Positions 20,833 through 29,764 of a stretch of 64,000 nucleotides of DNA are shown here, in pieces. The translations under genes and the position numbers were made by a program. How positions within the stretch are numbered: the first letter of the stretch is position 1; each line of letters starts with the position of its first letter. The notes beneath the pieces are model-generated. The model saw nothing but the letters and a program-made list of their open reading frames with translations. It had not been told where the DNA came from and searched no databases. Source of the stretch: an uncultured Gemmatimonadales bacterium (lineage in GTDB: Bacteria > Gemmatimonadota > Gemmatimonadetes > Gemmatimonadales > GWC2-71-9); the NCBI GenBank assembly GCA_963846945.1, contig CAWJXX010000005.1, positions 70,838 to 134,837 on the forward strand, read 5' to 3'.

Positions 20833-23731
20833 GTTGTTCCTCCACGTTGCCGACGGAACGGAATGCTCACGATGAATCTCCGCTCCGCCTGCTTCATTGT
20901 CGCCGATCCGGATCTGGCCGTGCGCGGCCGTGACGGTGCGTCGCACCAGGGCCAGGCCAAGGCCCATGCCGCCGGTCTGCAGTCGCTTGTCCTTCGTGGT
21001 GAAGAACGGCTCGAAGATCCGCTCGCGCAGTGCGGCCGGCACCCCGGGCCCCTGGTCGAGGACCTGCAGCTCCAGCGTCTCGTCGCGCACCTGGGCACTG
21101 ACCCGGATGCAGGCGCCCGGGGGCGATGCGTCGGCCGCGTTCTGGACCAGGTTGTAGATGATCTGCCGCAGCATGGCGGCCGAGAGCGGAACCGTGGTCG
21201 GCACGGCGCTCAGGTCCGTCTCGATAAGCAGCTTGTTGCCCCGGTTCACCTGCTCGAGGAAAGCCACGGCGTCCCCGACGACGGTGTGGAGTGACGCCTC
21301 GCCGGTACTCTCGGTTTCGGGGCGATAGGTCTCGTAGAGCTGCCGCGTGACGCGTGCGATGCGGCCGATTTCCCGCTCGATGGCCCCCACGTACTTGTGG
21401 TGCGGATGGCTCTCCGGCACCGCGTCCTTGATCAGGAGGAAGGAATTCTGGATGCCGGCCAGCGGATTGTTGATCTCGTGCGCGACGCGGGCGGCCACGC
21501 GACCCATGGCCGTGAGGGTGTCGACTTCCTGCAGCGTCGCGGCCGCCTGGCGCGCCTCGGTGACATCGCGCGCCTCCACCAGGATCTGGGTCGCCTTTCC
21601 CTCGGCGTTCAGGATCGGCTTCACGGCGATCTCGATCACGAGCATGCGGCCGGTGCCGTCCTGGGCCTGCTGCTCGTAGATCCTCGCCGTCCCGCTGTTC
21701 GCACCCTCACACGCCTCCTGCAGCAGCTGCTGCGCCGCCGGGTCGGATTTCCACCAGAGCGCTTCCCACCCGAACAATCCCGTCACCTGTTCGGCCGTCA
21801 GGCCGGCACGGTCGAGCGTGGTCCGGTTCGCCTCCAGCACGCGACCATCACAATCGAGGAGCAGCTGGAACTGGAAACCGCTGTCGAAGATGGCCCGGAA
21901 CCGTCGTTCGCTCGCTTCTCTTGCCGCGTTGGTGCTCCGCGCCTCGGTGACGTCGGCGCTGATGCCGAGCATCCGGACCGGTCGGCCGGCCTGGTCCCGG
22001 TCCACCACGCGCCCGCGATCCACGATGGTGTGCCAGTCTCCCTTGCCACTCAGGACACGATACTCGGCCTCGAAGCTCTCGCTCTGGCCGCGGATGTGCG
22101 ACTCGAGCTCGTTCTCGACCCGTTCCCGGTCCTCGGGATGCACCAGTGACGTCCATCCCTCGAGGTACGGATCGGCACGCGCGGGATCGTAGTGCAGGTA
22201 GGTCCACAGTGCCGGGCTCCGCGTCGCGAGACCGGTAATGAGGTCCCACTCCCAGATGCCGTCGGTGGTCCGCTCGAGCGCCGCGGAGAGCCGCGAGCGC
22301 TCGCTCTCGCGCGCGCTGCGCCAGGCGGTGCGTCCCAGCCGCAGGGTCACCGGGAGCAGGCCCGTGACGACGAGGCCCATGAAGAGCACGGCAGCGGGCA
22401 GCTCGGTGCGCGGGCCCGCATTCGCGACCCCGCTCACCGCGGCGCGGAGCGACCAGTGCATGTCACCGGCCCGGACCGGGACCTCGCCGACCCAGCCACC
22501 TTCGGTCGGTGCAGCATCACCCGCGACCGCCGTATCCGTACCGAAGGCGGTGAAGCGATAGCCACCGAGGGTGTCGGCAATCGCCTCGGCGAAGAGCCGC
22601 TCGGCACGCATCACGCCGGCCAGTGCGCCGGCGCAGGAGAGGGAGTCGCAGATCGGCGCGACGATGGCGAAGTAGCGCAGCTCGAGGTCGAGCGGCAGGA
22701 CCGCGACCGTATCGCCCGGGCGCAGGGGCATGCGGCCCGCGTGGCGCTGCCAGGCCTCGCGCACGCTCGCAACGTCGTACGGCGTGGTCACCCGGCACCA
22801 CCAGTTCATCGCTCCCGGCGTTGCGCAGGAGCATGGCGGTGTCGAGGGCCGGGATGTCGCGGGCGAGCGAGCGCAGGTTGCGCTCCTGCTCGCCTGCCGA
22901 CGTGTCACGCGTGGCGCGCTCCGCCGCGCGCCGCATCGACCGCACTGCCACGTCGACCTCCCGCAGGACCCCGCGGCGCTCCGCATCGAGCGCCTGCGAA
23001 GCACCGCTGCGGGCAATCTCCCGTTCACGGTGCTCCAGGGCGCGCCACAGGAAGAGGACCGTCATGAGGCTCGCCGCGCCCGCGACCACCGGCAGCCACG
23101 CGGGCGGTTCCGTGATGGTGATCCCGCGTGCCCAGACGATCACCACCAGCATGACCCCCATCAGCAGGCCGCTGATGAGCGTCTGCACCGACGCGCCGGT
23201 AATGGCGGCACCCGACCCGGTCGTCGCCACACCCACGGACCGCGCAAAAAACACGGTGAGCGACAGCGCGACCAGCACGAAGCCCGCGAGAAGCATGGTG
23301 AGCTGTACCACGTCCGAGCGGCGCTCGATGGTGGAGACGTACAGGGCGAGGGCCGCCGCGCCCATGATGAGCACCGACGCCACGGTCAGGCCGCCTGCGG
23401 GAATCGGGATTGCCGCGACGAAGAACAGCAGCGCCGTGGCGCACATGGCAAGCGCAAAGGCCGACGCGAGCAACATCCGCCAGCGATCGCCCTCGACCAG
23501 GTTCCACAGGCCGACCGCGAGTGCCACGAGCCCGAGGGACGAGAGCAGCGGCAGCGGCGGCCACGCCGGTGCCGGCGACACGAGCCAGTCCAGATGAAGG
23601 ATATGACCGGCGAAGCCCGCGAACCCGAGTACGAAGACCGTCACCGCGACCACGCGCGCCAGCCCGTGGGCGAGCGCGATGCGGCCGCTGCGGTGAATCG
23701 GTGCGACGCTGCGAAGCGCAGGATCGGTCAT
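20829..23731 (-). CDS. Multi-TM sensor histidine kinase with two PAS domains (indels near 22790 and 20880)
   Basis: About 7 N-terminal TMs, PAS (GIWEWD..VHPED), VAHEINNPL H-box, NLVQNA, DQGPG, FEPFFTTK, GMGLGL. Confidence 0.9.
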
Positions 23732-23746
23732 GAGTTACCCCAAATG

Positions 23747-23837
23747 AAAAAGCACGGATACCGCGCAAGCTGCGCGGCCCCCGTGCCTTCGGCTTGCGAC
23801 CCAGCCACTCGCCCGCCAAGGCCAGCACTTCTGGCCT
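23747..23837 (-). ncRNA. Candidate attenuator leader RNA, copy 7 (sensor kinase leader)
   Basis: Minus: AGGCCAG..CTGGCCT, then GCCTTGGC gg GCGA-loop-TCGC aa GCC g AAGGC, overlapping terminator AAGGCACGG...CCGTGCTTT TT. Shares CCTTGGCGGGCG...CGCAAGCCGAAGGC with copy 6. Confidence 0.68.
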
Positions 23838-23856
23838 GTGTCATATCCAACGTTGC

Positions 23857-23885
23857 AGCTTACCGCCCCGGCGGCAAGGCGGCAA
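23857..23885 (-). promoter_or_regulatory. Promoter for the kinase/regulator operon
   Basis: TTGCCG (23885-23880)-17-TAAGCT (23862-23857). Confidence 0.55.
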
Positions 23886-23901
23886 GCAGGAGCAGCGATT
23901 G

Positions 23902-24321
23902 CTACTTGGAGCCGCGCTTCTTCGCTGTGATGTCCTCCTGCACGATCTGGCCGGTGAGGGCATCGGCCTTCTCTTCCGGCAGCATGCCAAGCTTCCGGTA
24001 GTGGTCGAGCTTCCGGAGCTCGAGGACCGCTTCCCAACCCGACCCGAGATGTCTCCGGATCGGCTCGAAAAACCATCCAAGCATGGCGTCGAACAACCGG
24101 CTCGCCACCACGCCACTTCCCATGCCGAGGCTCAGGACCGCTTCGGCCGGCCATCCCTCGGGGACGAGCTGGGGTGCGAGCCAGAGAATGCCGCCCGCCA
24201 GGACGATGCCGACGGCGCCGCCGAATGGAAGCTTCCGAAAGGCATTCAGGCCCGCGGCAGTGACCAGGTTGAAACGCGAGGTGGCGCGGCCGCTCAGCGG
24301 CGTGGAACTCCCGACACCCAT
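23902..24321 (-). CDS. Small membrane hypothetical protein
   Basis: Strong purine-rich RBS; two TM segments and a charged C-terminus. Confidence 0.6.
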   Translation of the reverse strand: MGVGSSTPLSGRATSRFNLVTAAGLNAFRKLPFGGAVGIVLAGGILWLAPQLVPEGWPAEAVLSLGMGSGVVASRLFDAMLGWFFEPIRRHLGSGWEAVLELRKLDHYRKLGMLPEEKADALTGQIVQEDITAKKRGSK

Positions 24322-24482
24322 GATGCCCTCCCCCTCCCGAGGCCGACCCCATGCATCCGTCGGGCAGCATGACGGCGCAACGTGAACGGCAGGAAGCGAA
24401 GGCATGCGGCGTGCCGCGCCAGGCAGGCGGCGCGGCGCGGCTTTCGGGCACGCAATTGTCTCCGGGATGCGACGATGTGCGT

Positions 24483-25544
24483 CTAGCTATCGAGAAAAAC
24501 CGCAACGTTCTCGAGCCCGTCGATGTGGGCGCATATGACCTGCACCATCACCGTCATCGGCACCGCGAGCACGGCACCGGCCACTCCCCAGATCCAGCCC
24601 CAGAAGACGAGCCCGACGAAGAGTGCAACGACATTGAGCGGCAGGCGTCTCCCGAGGAGTGCCGGTGTCAGCAGGTTGCCGACCAGCAGGTGCAGCACCA
24701 GGAAGCCGGCGGCAATGATGAGCGCCTTGTCCGGCGTGTCGAACGACACCAGCGCGGCCGTGCCGACGAGTCCCACCGTGGCGACGCCGCCGACGTACGG
24801 GATGTAGTTGAGCACGCCGGCCAGGGCGCCCCACAGCGCCGGGTTCGGCATGTCGAGCAGCGCGAGGAAACCCCAGGACACCAGGCCGAAGACGATGTTG
24901 ATGAGTGTGGTCATCAGGAGGTAGCGCGACATGTGGGACTCGATCTCCCCCAGGGCCTCCTCCACCTTGGCGCGCTCGCGGCGGCTGGGCAGCACGGCCG
25001 CGAGCTTCTGCCGGAACAAGGTGCCGGTCGCGAGCAGGAAGTAGGTCAGGAACACCACCGTGATCACCGATCCCGCAAAATCGATCCCGGTACCTGACGC
25101 TCGCTCCGCCAGGCTGGGCCGGGCAATCTCGACCTTCTGCGGGCGCATCCTTCGCCGCGCCGGGAGCTGCCGTCGTCGTCGCCTGATCCACCTTTGCCGC
25201 CGTCTGCTGAATGGTCTGCAGCGGCTTTGTGACGCGACGGAGCTTCCGCTCCACCTGGTTCATGGTCTCCGGGGCGCGCTGCAGCCACTCGGCTGCCGGC
25301 CCCGAGAGCTGGTAGATGCCAAACGCGATGAACGCGACCGCGCCAAACACCACGACACCCGCGCCGATCGACTCGGGAATGTGCAGGCGGCGCAACCATC
25401 GCACCGGCGCCCCGAGGAGAAAGGTGAAGAGCACCGAGATGACGATGGGGAGAATCAGCGCGCTTCCCATCTTGAGTGCGCCGATGGCGAGGATGACAAA
25501 GATGCCGAGGATCGGCCAGGTCACGTGCGCACCGGAACTCTCAT
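24483..25544 (-). CDS. AI-2E (PerM/UPF0118) family transporter (indel near 25145; start approximate)
   Basis: LILPIVIS..F.FLL.APVRWL, LNYIPYVG, GNLLTP.LLG, FWGWIWGVAGAVLAVP. Confidence 0.88.
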
Positions 25545-26389
25545 GAATAGGTCCTTTCGAGCATCCCTGCCGCAGACTCGTCGAGCAGGTCCTCATTGCG
25601 CATGGCGTTGAACTGGTCCAGCAGCTCCTCGGCCCGCAACCGTCGCTTGCTGCCGCCGCGATAGTCCCGCACCACCTCGCCCCGATGCATCATCAGCACA
25701 CGATCGCCCAGGCGCACCGCCTGCGCCAGTGAATGGGTGACCATGAGCGTGGTGAGCCGGCGCTTCTGTACCACCTCGCCCGTGAGCGCCAGCACCATTT
25801 CCGCACTGTTGGGGTCGAGGGCCGCGGTGTGCTCGTCGAGCAGCAGGATCTGCGGGCTCACCAGGGTCGCCATGAGCAGGGTGAGCGCCTGGCGCTCGCC
25901 GCCGGAGAGCAGACCCATCGGCGAGTCGAGCCGCTGCTCGAGGCCCATGCCCAGCTCGTGCACCTGCTCGATGAACGCATCACGGCGAGTACGCGAGAGG
26001 GCCCGGCGCAGGTCGGGCCAGCGTCGCCCGCGCTGCGTTGCCAGCGACAGATTCTCGGCGACCGTGAGGCGTGGCGCGGTCCCGCTGAGCGGATCCTGGA
26101 AGACGCGGCCGACCAGCCCGGCCCGGCGGAACTCCGGCACCTGGGTGACGTCACTGCCATCGATGAAGACCTTCCCGTGCTGCGGCACCAGCGATCCCGC
26201 CACGGCATTGAGGAGCGACGTCTTCCCCGATCCGTTGAAGCCAAGTACCACCACGAACGCGCCGGGTTCCATGGTGAGGCTCACGCCCCGAAGGGCATGG
26301 ACCTCGCTGGCCGTGCCCGCATTGAAGGTGTGGCGGAGGTCGACGACCTCGAGGGCCTTTGGTTCAGGCACGAGCTGCGCGCCGTTCAC
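25541..26389 (-). CDS. ABC transporter ATP-binding protein (COG1101-type)
   Basis: GFNGSGKT, VFQDP..GT, LSGGERQALTL, LLLDEHTAALDP. Start may be 26371. Confidence 0.92.
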   Translation of the reverse strand: MNGAQLVPEPKALEVVDLRHTFNAGTASEVHALRGVSLTMEPGAFVVVLGFNGSGKTSLLNAVAGSLVPQHGKVFIDGSDVTQVPEFRRAGLVGRVFQDPLSGTAPRLTVAENLSLATQRGRRWPDLRRALSRTRRDAFIEQVHELGMGLEQRLDSPMGLLSGGERQALTLLMATLVSPQILLLDEHTAALDPNSAEMVLALTGEVVQKRRLTTLMVTHSLAQAVRLGDRVLMMHRGEVVRDYRGGSKRRLRAEELLDQFNAMRNEDLLDESAAGMLERTYS

Positions 26390-27308
26390 CGCCGTGCTGG
26401 AAGAGGGTACGCACCACGCTCGGCACCACCAGCACGCCGAGCACGAACAGCGCGGTCAGCAGCTTGAGCGCGTTGGGGGCCACGCCGGCACGGATGGCCC
26501 CGGCGACCAGCAAGCGGAAGAGAATCGTGCCGAGCACGACGCCCGCGATCCGGCGGCCGAGCGGTCGCCCGCGCGAGAGCGCCTCGCCCAGGATGACACA
26601 GCCGAGGGCCGTGACGAGACTCCCGAAACTCATCTGGATGTTGGCGAACGACTGGTATTGCGCGAAGAGGCCGCCGCTCAGTCCCACCATGCCGTTGGCC
26701 GCCAGCAGCCCAAGGACGAACATCGAGTCGACGTCAATGCCCACGGCTGTGGCCATGGTGCGGTTGTCGCCGGTCGCGCGCAGCGCGAGCCCGAGCGAGG
26801 TGCGGAAGAAGCGGTCCAGGAGGAAGACGGGGACGCCTGCCGCAGGAATGAGCGCGAGCAGCGTCGCCAGGCTCCGGGCGCTTACCCGGGTCCCCCACAG
26901 CACCATGCCCTCTGCGGGAAGCCCGGCCGCAACCCACAGATGCTCAGCGGTGACCGGCAGCGCAGCGGTGCCGGCGAGCGCGATGTCACCGCCCTTCATG
27001 AGATACAGGTCGACCGAGTAAAGCGCCGTGGTGACGAGAATGCCGGCGAGCAGGATGTCCACCTTGAGGCGCCCGTTGAGGAAACCGGTCATGGCGCCGG
27101 CGGCGGCACCGGCAAGGCCGGCCATGATGGTCGCCGTGGTGGGGTCCGCGCCGCGCACCAGCAATCCGGCTGCCACCACTGCCCCAAGGCCGAAGGAGCC
27201 ATCGACAGTGAGGTCGTAGATGCCCAGGATGCGGTAGGTCACGAACACGCCGAGGGCCAGCAGCGACAGCAGGAGCCCCATCGAGATGGCGCCGACGAGC
27301 AGGTTCAC
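26364..27308 (-). CDS. ABC transporter permease (COG4120-type)
   Basis: DLTVDGSF.LG, LAGILVTTALYS, GLALRATGDN; GTGA overlap with the upstream gene. Confidence 0.9.
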   Translation of the reverse strand: MNLLVGAISMGLLLSLLALGVFVTYRILGIYDLTVDGSFGLGAVVAAGLLVRGADPTTATIMAGLAGAAAGAMTGFLNGRLKVDILLAGILVTTALYSVDLYLMKGGDIALAGTAALPVTAEHLWVAAGLPAEGMVLWGTRVSARSLATLLALIPAAGVPVFLLDRFFRTSLGLALRATGDNRTMATAVGIDVDSMFVLGLLAANGMVGLSGGLFAQYQSFANIQMSFGSLVTALGCVILGEALSRGRPLGRRIAGVVLGTILFRLLVAGAIRAGVAPNALKLLTALFVLGVLVVPSVVRTLFQHGGERRAARA

Positions 27309-28618
27309 GTCAGGGCCTCGATCTGACCGACCGGGGAGGACCAGCAGATACCGCGCAGGAACTCGCTCTCGCCGGCACCCGTCGGTCCGCGGTCGTCGGT
27401 CAGCAGGTGCAGGACCGCACGCACGCGCTGCTGCGTGAAATACTTGGTCACGAGCACTCGCGGCTGGACCGTACGCAACGGAACCGGCCGGAAGGAGAAC
27501 ACGGACGCATGAAAGTGGCCTACGCATTCCGTACGGCCGCCCAGGGGACGAAGCCACGGCGCGAGCGCACCCGCCGACTTTTCCTTCGCCACGACACCAA
27601 CGACCAGGGCGGAGGTGCCTTCCTGGATCCGGGCCGGCGTCAGGGCCAGCCAGTCGCGCACGGCGGGCGCGCGAGTTGTGAACCCGGGCTTGTCGCCTCC
27701 GGGTGACCGGCGCAGCCACGCGCCAACCAGTCCCGACACCTCCGCCATCATCACGATGGCCGTGGGAACGCCCTTGGCAATTTCGCAGCAAACGTTGGCG
27801 ACTTCCGAAAGTGAGACCGCGTCGTGGTCGGGAAGCCGCGTGAACCGGATTGTGCGGGCAAAGGGCCCTTCGAGGAGCATGCCGCTCCCCATGACCGCGG
27901 GAGCGGCGTGTCCGTGCGGGCCAAGGAGAAAATCCGGCAGCGTGGCACCGCCGGTTGGCTGCGCTGCAACGACACCCTGCGCGCCCACCAGCTCGCCCAG
28001 GCGCGGCAGGGCCTGGTCGACATCGCTGCCCAGGGCACCGATGCCGAGCCCGAACGTCTGCTCGCTGAATGACACTGCCCTGAGCTTCGACCGGGGAATC
28101 TCACCTGTGCCGGCCCACGAGGGATCGCCGACCAGGCGGCAGGATACCGTTGCCGCCGCGAGGGCGAACGGGGGCTCGGCAACTTCGTAGCGCGCGCGGA
28201 CAAGGAAATTGCGCGCAACTTCCCAGGAATTGGTGCCCGCAAGGCTCGACAACGTCGGGTTGGTGGAGCGCCGCAGGAACCCGGAGCGGAGGGATGCCTC
28301 GATGCCGCCGGGGGAGGTGGTGCCACTGATCAGGCCAAGCATCTCTGCCGCCTCGAACGCTTCCCGGACGGTGGGGGATGCAGCGGTGACGCGCAGGTGT
28401 CCCCGAATCGCGGCGAATTCCTGCTGCGCCCCCGCGATGGCCTGCAGCCCTGGGGTACTGATGTAGTCTATGTCGCGGAGGTCGAGAACCGCCTCGCGCG
28501 ACCCGTCACGGAGGAGTTGTTCGAGGGCATCGGCCAGCTGGGCTGCGCTGTCGCCGTCCAGCCGGCCGGACAGCCGCACGACGGCCACCGCACCGTCGTG
28601 CGCTACGCTCAAGGGCAT
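27305..28618 (-). CDS. STAS (anti-anti-sigma-like) domain fused to an unknown ~300 aa domain
   Basis: VVRLSGRLDG...VLDLRDIDYISTPGL N-terminal STAS. Confidence 0.8.
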   Translation of the reverse strand: MPLSVAHDGAVAVVRLSGRLDGDSAAQLADALEQLLRDGSREAVLDLRDIDYISTPGLQAIAGAQQEFAAIRGHLRVTAASPTVREAFEAAEMLGLISGTTSPGGIEASLRSGFLRRSTNPTLSSLAGTNSWEVARNFLVRARYEVAEPPFALAAATVSCRLVGDPSWAGTGEIPRSKLRAVSFSEQTFGLGIGALGSDVDQALPRLGELVGAQGVVAAQPTGGATLPDFLLGPHGHAAPAVMGSGMLLEGPFARTIRFTRLPDHDAVSLSEVANVCCEIAKGVPTAIVMMAEVSGLVGAWLRRSPGGDKPGFTTRAPAVRDWLALTPARIQEGTSALVVGVVAKEKSAGALAPWLRPLGGRTECVGHFHASVFSFRPVPLRTVQPRVLVTKYFTQQRVRAVLHLLTDDRGPTGAGESEFLRGICWSSPVGQIEALT

Positions 28619-28620
28619 GG

Positions 28621-29613
28621 CTACTTCGAGGCGCTCGCGCCCGAGTCTCCCGCCATCGCTTCTTTCGAGGTCTTCAGCATGTAGAACGGGATCTGCGCCG
28701 GGCTCTCCCCCTTGAGGATCCGCCCGATCATGTGGCCGGCGACGACGCCGCCCTCCTGGAAGTCGGGATAGAGCGCCGCGGTGGCGCCCTTCATGATCTC
28801 GAACGGCGAGGGCGAGAAGACCGGAATCTTCTTCTCCCTGGCAACGGCGATCACGCTCTCGAAGGCCGCATGGGATGCGTTGCCGTAGATCTCGATGGCG
28901 TCCACATGCTTCGCAACCAGCGCCTGGGTCGCCTCCGTGCCATCGCTCGCCGTGTTGATCGGTACCGCCACCACGGTCAGTCCTGCCTTGCGGGCCGTCG
29001 CCGTGAACTTGTCCTTGAGCGAGACCGACAGGGCCTCGCCCGGGGTGAAGAGCACGCCGATCACCTTGGCCCTGGGCACCACCTTCTTGATCAGCGCCAC
29101 GCGACGCTCCTGCTCCGGGTCGCCGAAGCCGGGCGAATACACACCGGTGACATTGGCGAGATGCGATGAGTCACTGGTGCCGGCCCCAGCGGCAAACGGA
29201 TCGGACAGCACGTCAAACACGATCGGCCGGTCCTTGATCCGCTCCACCGCCGCCTTCAGGGTCTCGTCCTGCAGGGTCACGATGACGGCGGCGTTCTGGT
29301 CGACCGCGGCGTCGAGGAGGCTGGGCAGGGTAGCCAGGTCACCCTGGGCACTGGACAGCTTGAAATCGTAGTCCTTGCCACGTTCGAGCCCCTCTTCCGA
29401 AAGCCCGACCCGCAGCGCGTCCTCGCTCCACTCGGCCCCGATCCAGTCGGCTGCGCGAATGATGGCAACGATCTTGGGGGCGTGAGCCGCTGCCGCCATC
29501 GCCGCCGAGTCGGGAGCCGGCGCACCCTTGTCGCCCGTCTTGCTGCAGGCGGCCGTGCCGCCGAGGATGCCAAGAACGGCCAGACGGGCAAGCGGTCGAA
29601 GCGGTAGAACCAT
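28621..29613 (-). CDS. ABC transporter substrate-binding lipoprotein (COG2984 / ABC_sub_bind)
   Basis: Lipobox TAAC; AQGDLATL, PIVF...DPFAAG, NVTGV, IGVLFTPGE. Confidence 0.88.
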   Translation of the reverse strand: MVLPLRPLARLAVLGILGGTAACSKTGDKGAPAPDSAAMAAAAHAPKIVAIIRAADWIGAEWSEDALRVGLSEEGLERGKDYDFKLSSAQGDLATLPSLLDAAVDQNAAVIVTLQDETLKAAVERIKDRPIVFDVLSDPFAAGAGTSDSSHLANVTGVYSPGFGDPEQERRVALIKKVVPRAKVIGVLFTPGEALSVSLKDKFTATARKAGLTVVAVPINTASDGTEATQALVAKHVDAIEIYGNASHAAFESVIAVAREKKIPVFSPSPFEIMKGATAALYPDFQEGGVVAGHMIGRILKGESPAQIPFYMLKTSKEAMAGDSGASASK

Positions 29614-29764
29614 GGTGCCTCCTGGAAGCGTCGGGACAATCGGTGGGCAAGCGACGCAATTTTCCCTCATCGACGCTCCGGCGCCAGTGCGACGGGGCAC
29701 CGGCTCGGCACGCTGCATCCCGGATTCCGGTTCAGGGTATTGTCCTTGAAGGAGGAAGACCCGA

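Noticed and set aside
3553..23837. Assigning the leader motif to ANTAR or BglG/SacY RAT elements
   Set aside because: Apical loops vary in length and lack the ANTAR A1/G4 hexaloop, the RAT sequence consensus is absent, and no ANTAR or CAT domain was recognised in the window. Only the logic is analogous.
3553..23837. Leader-peptide attenuation as the mechanism
   Set aside because: Short ORFs occur in some leaders but share no start position, length or codon pattern.
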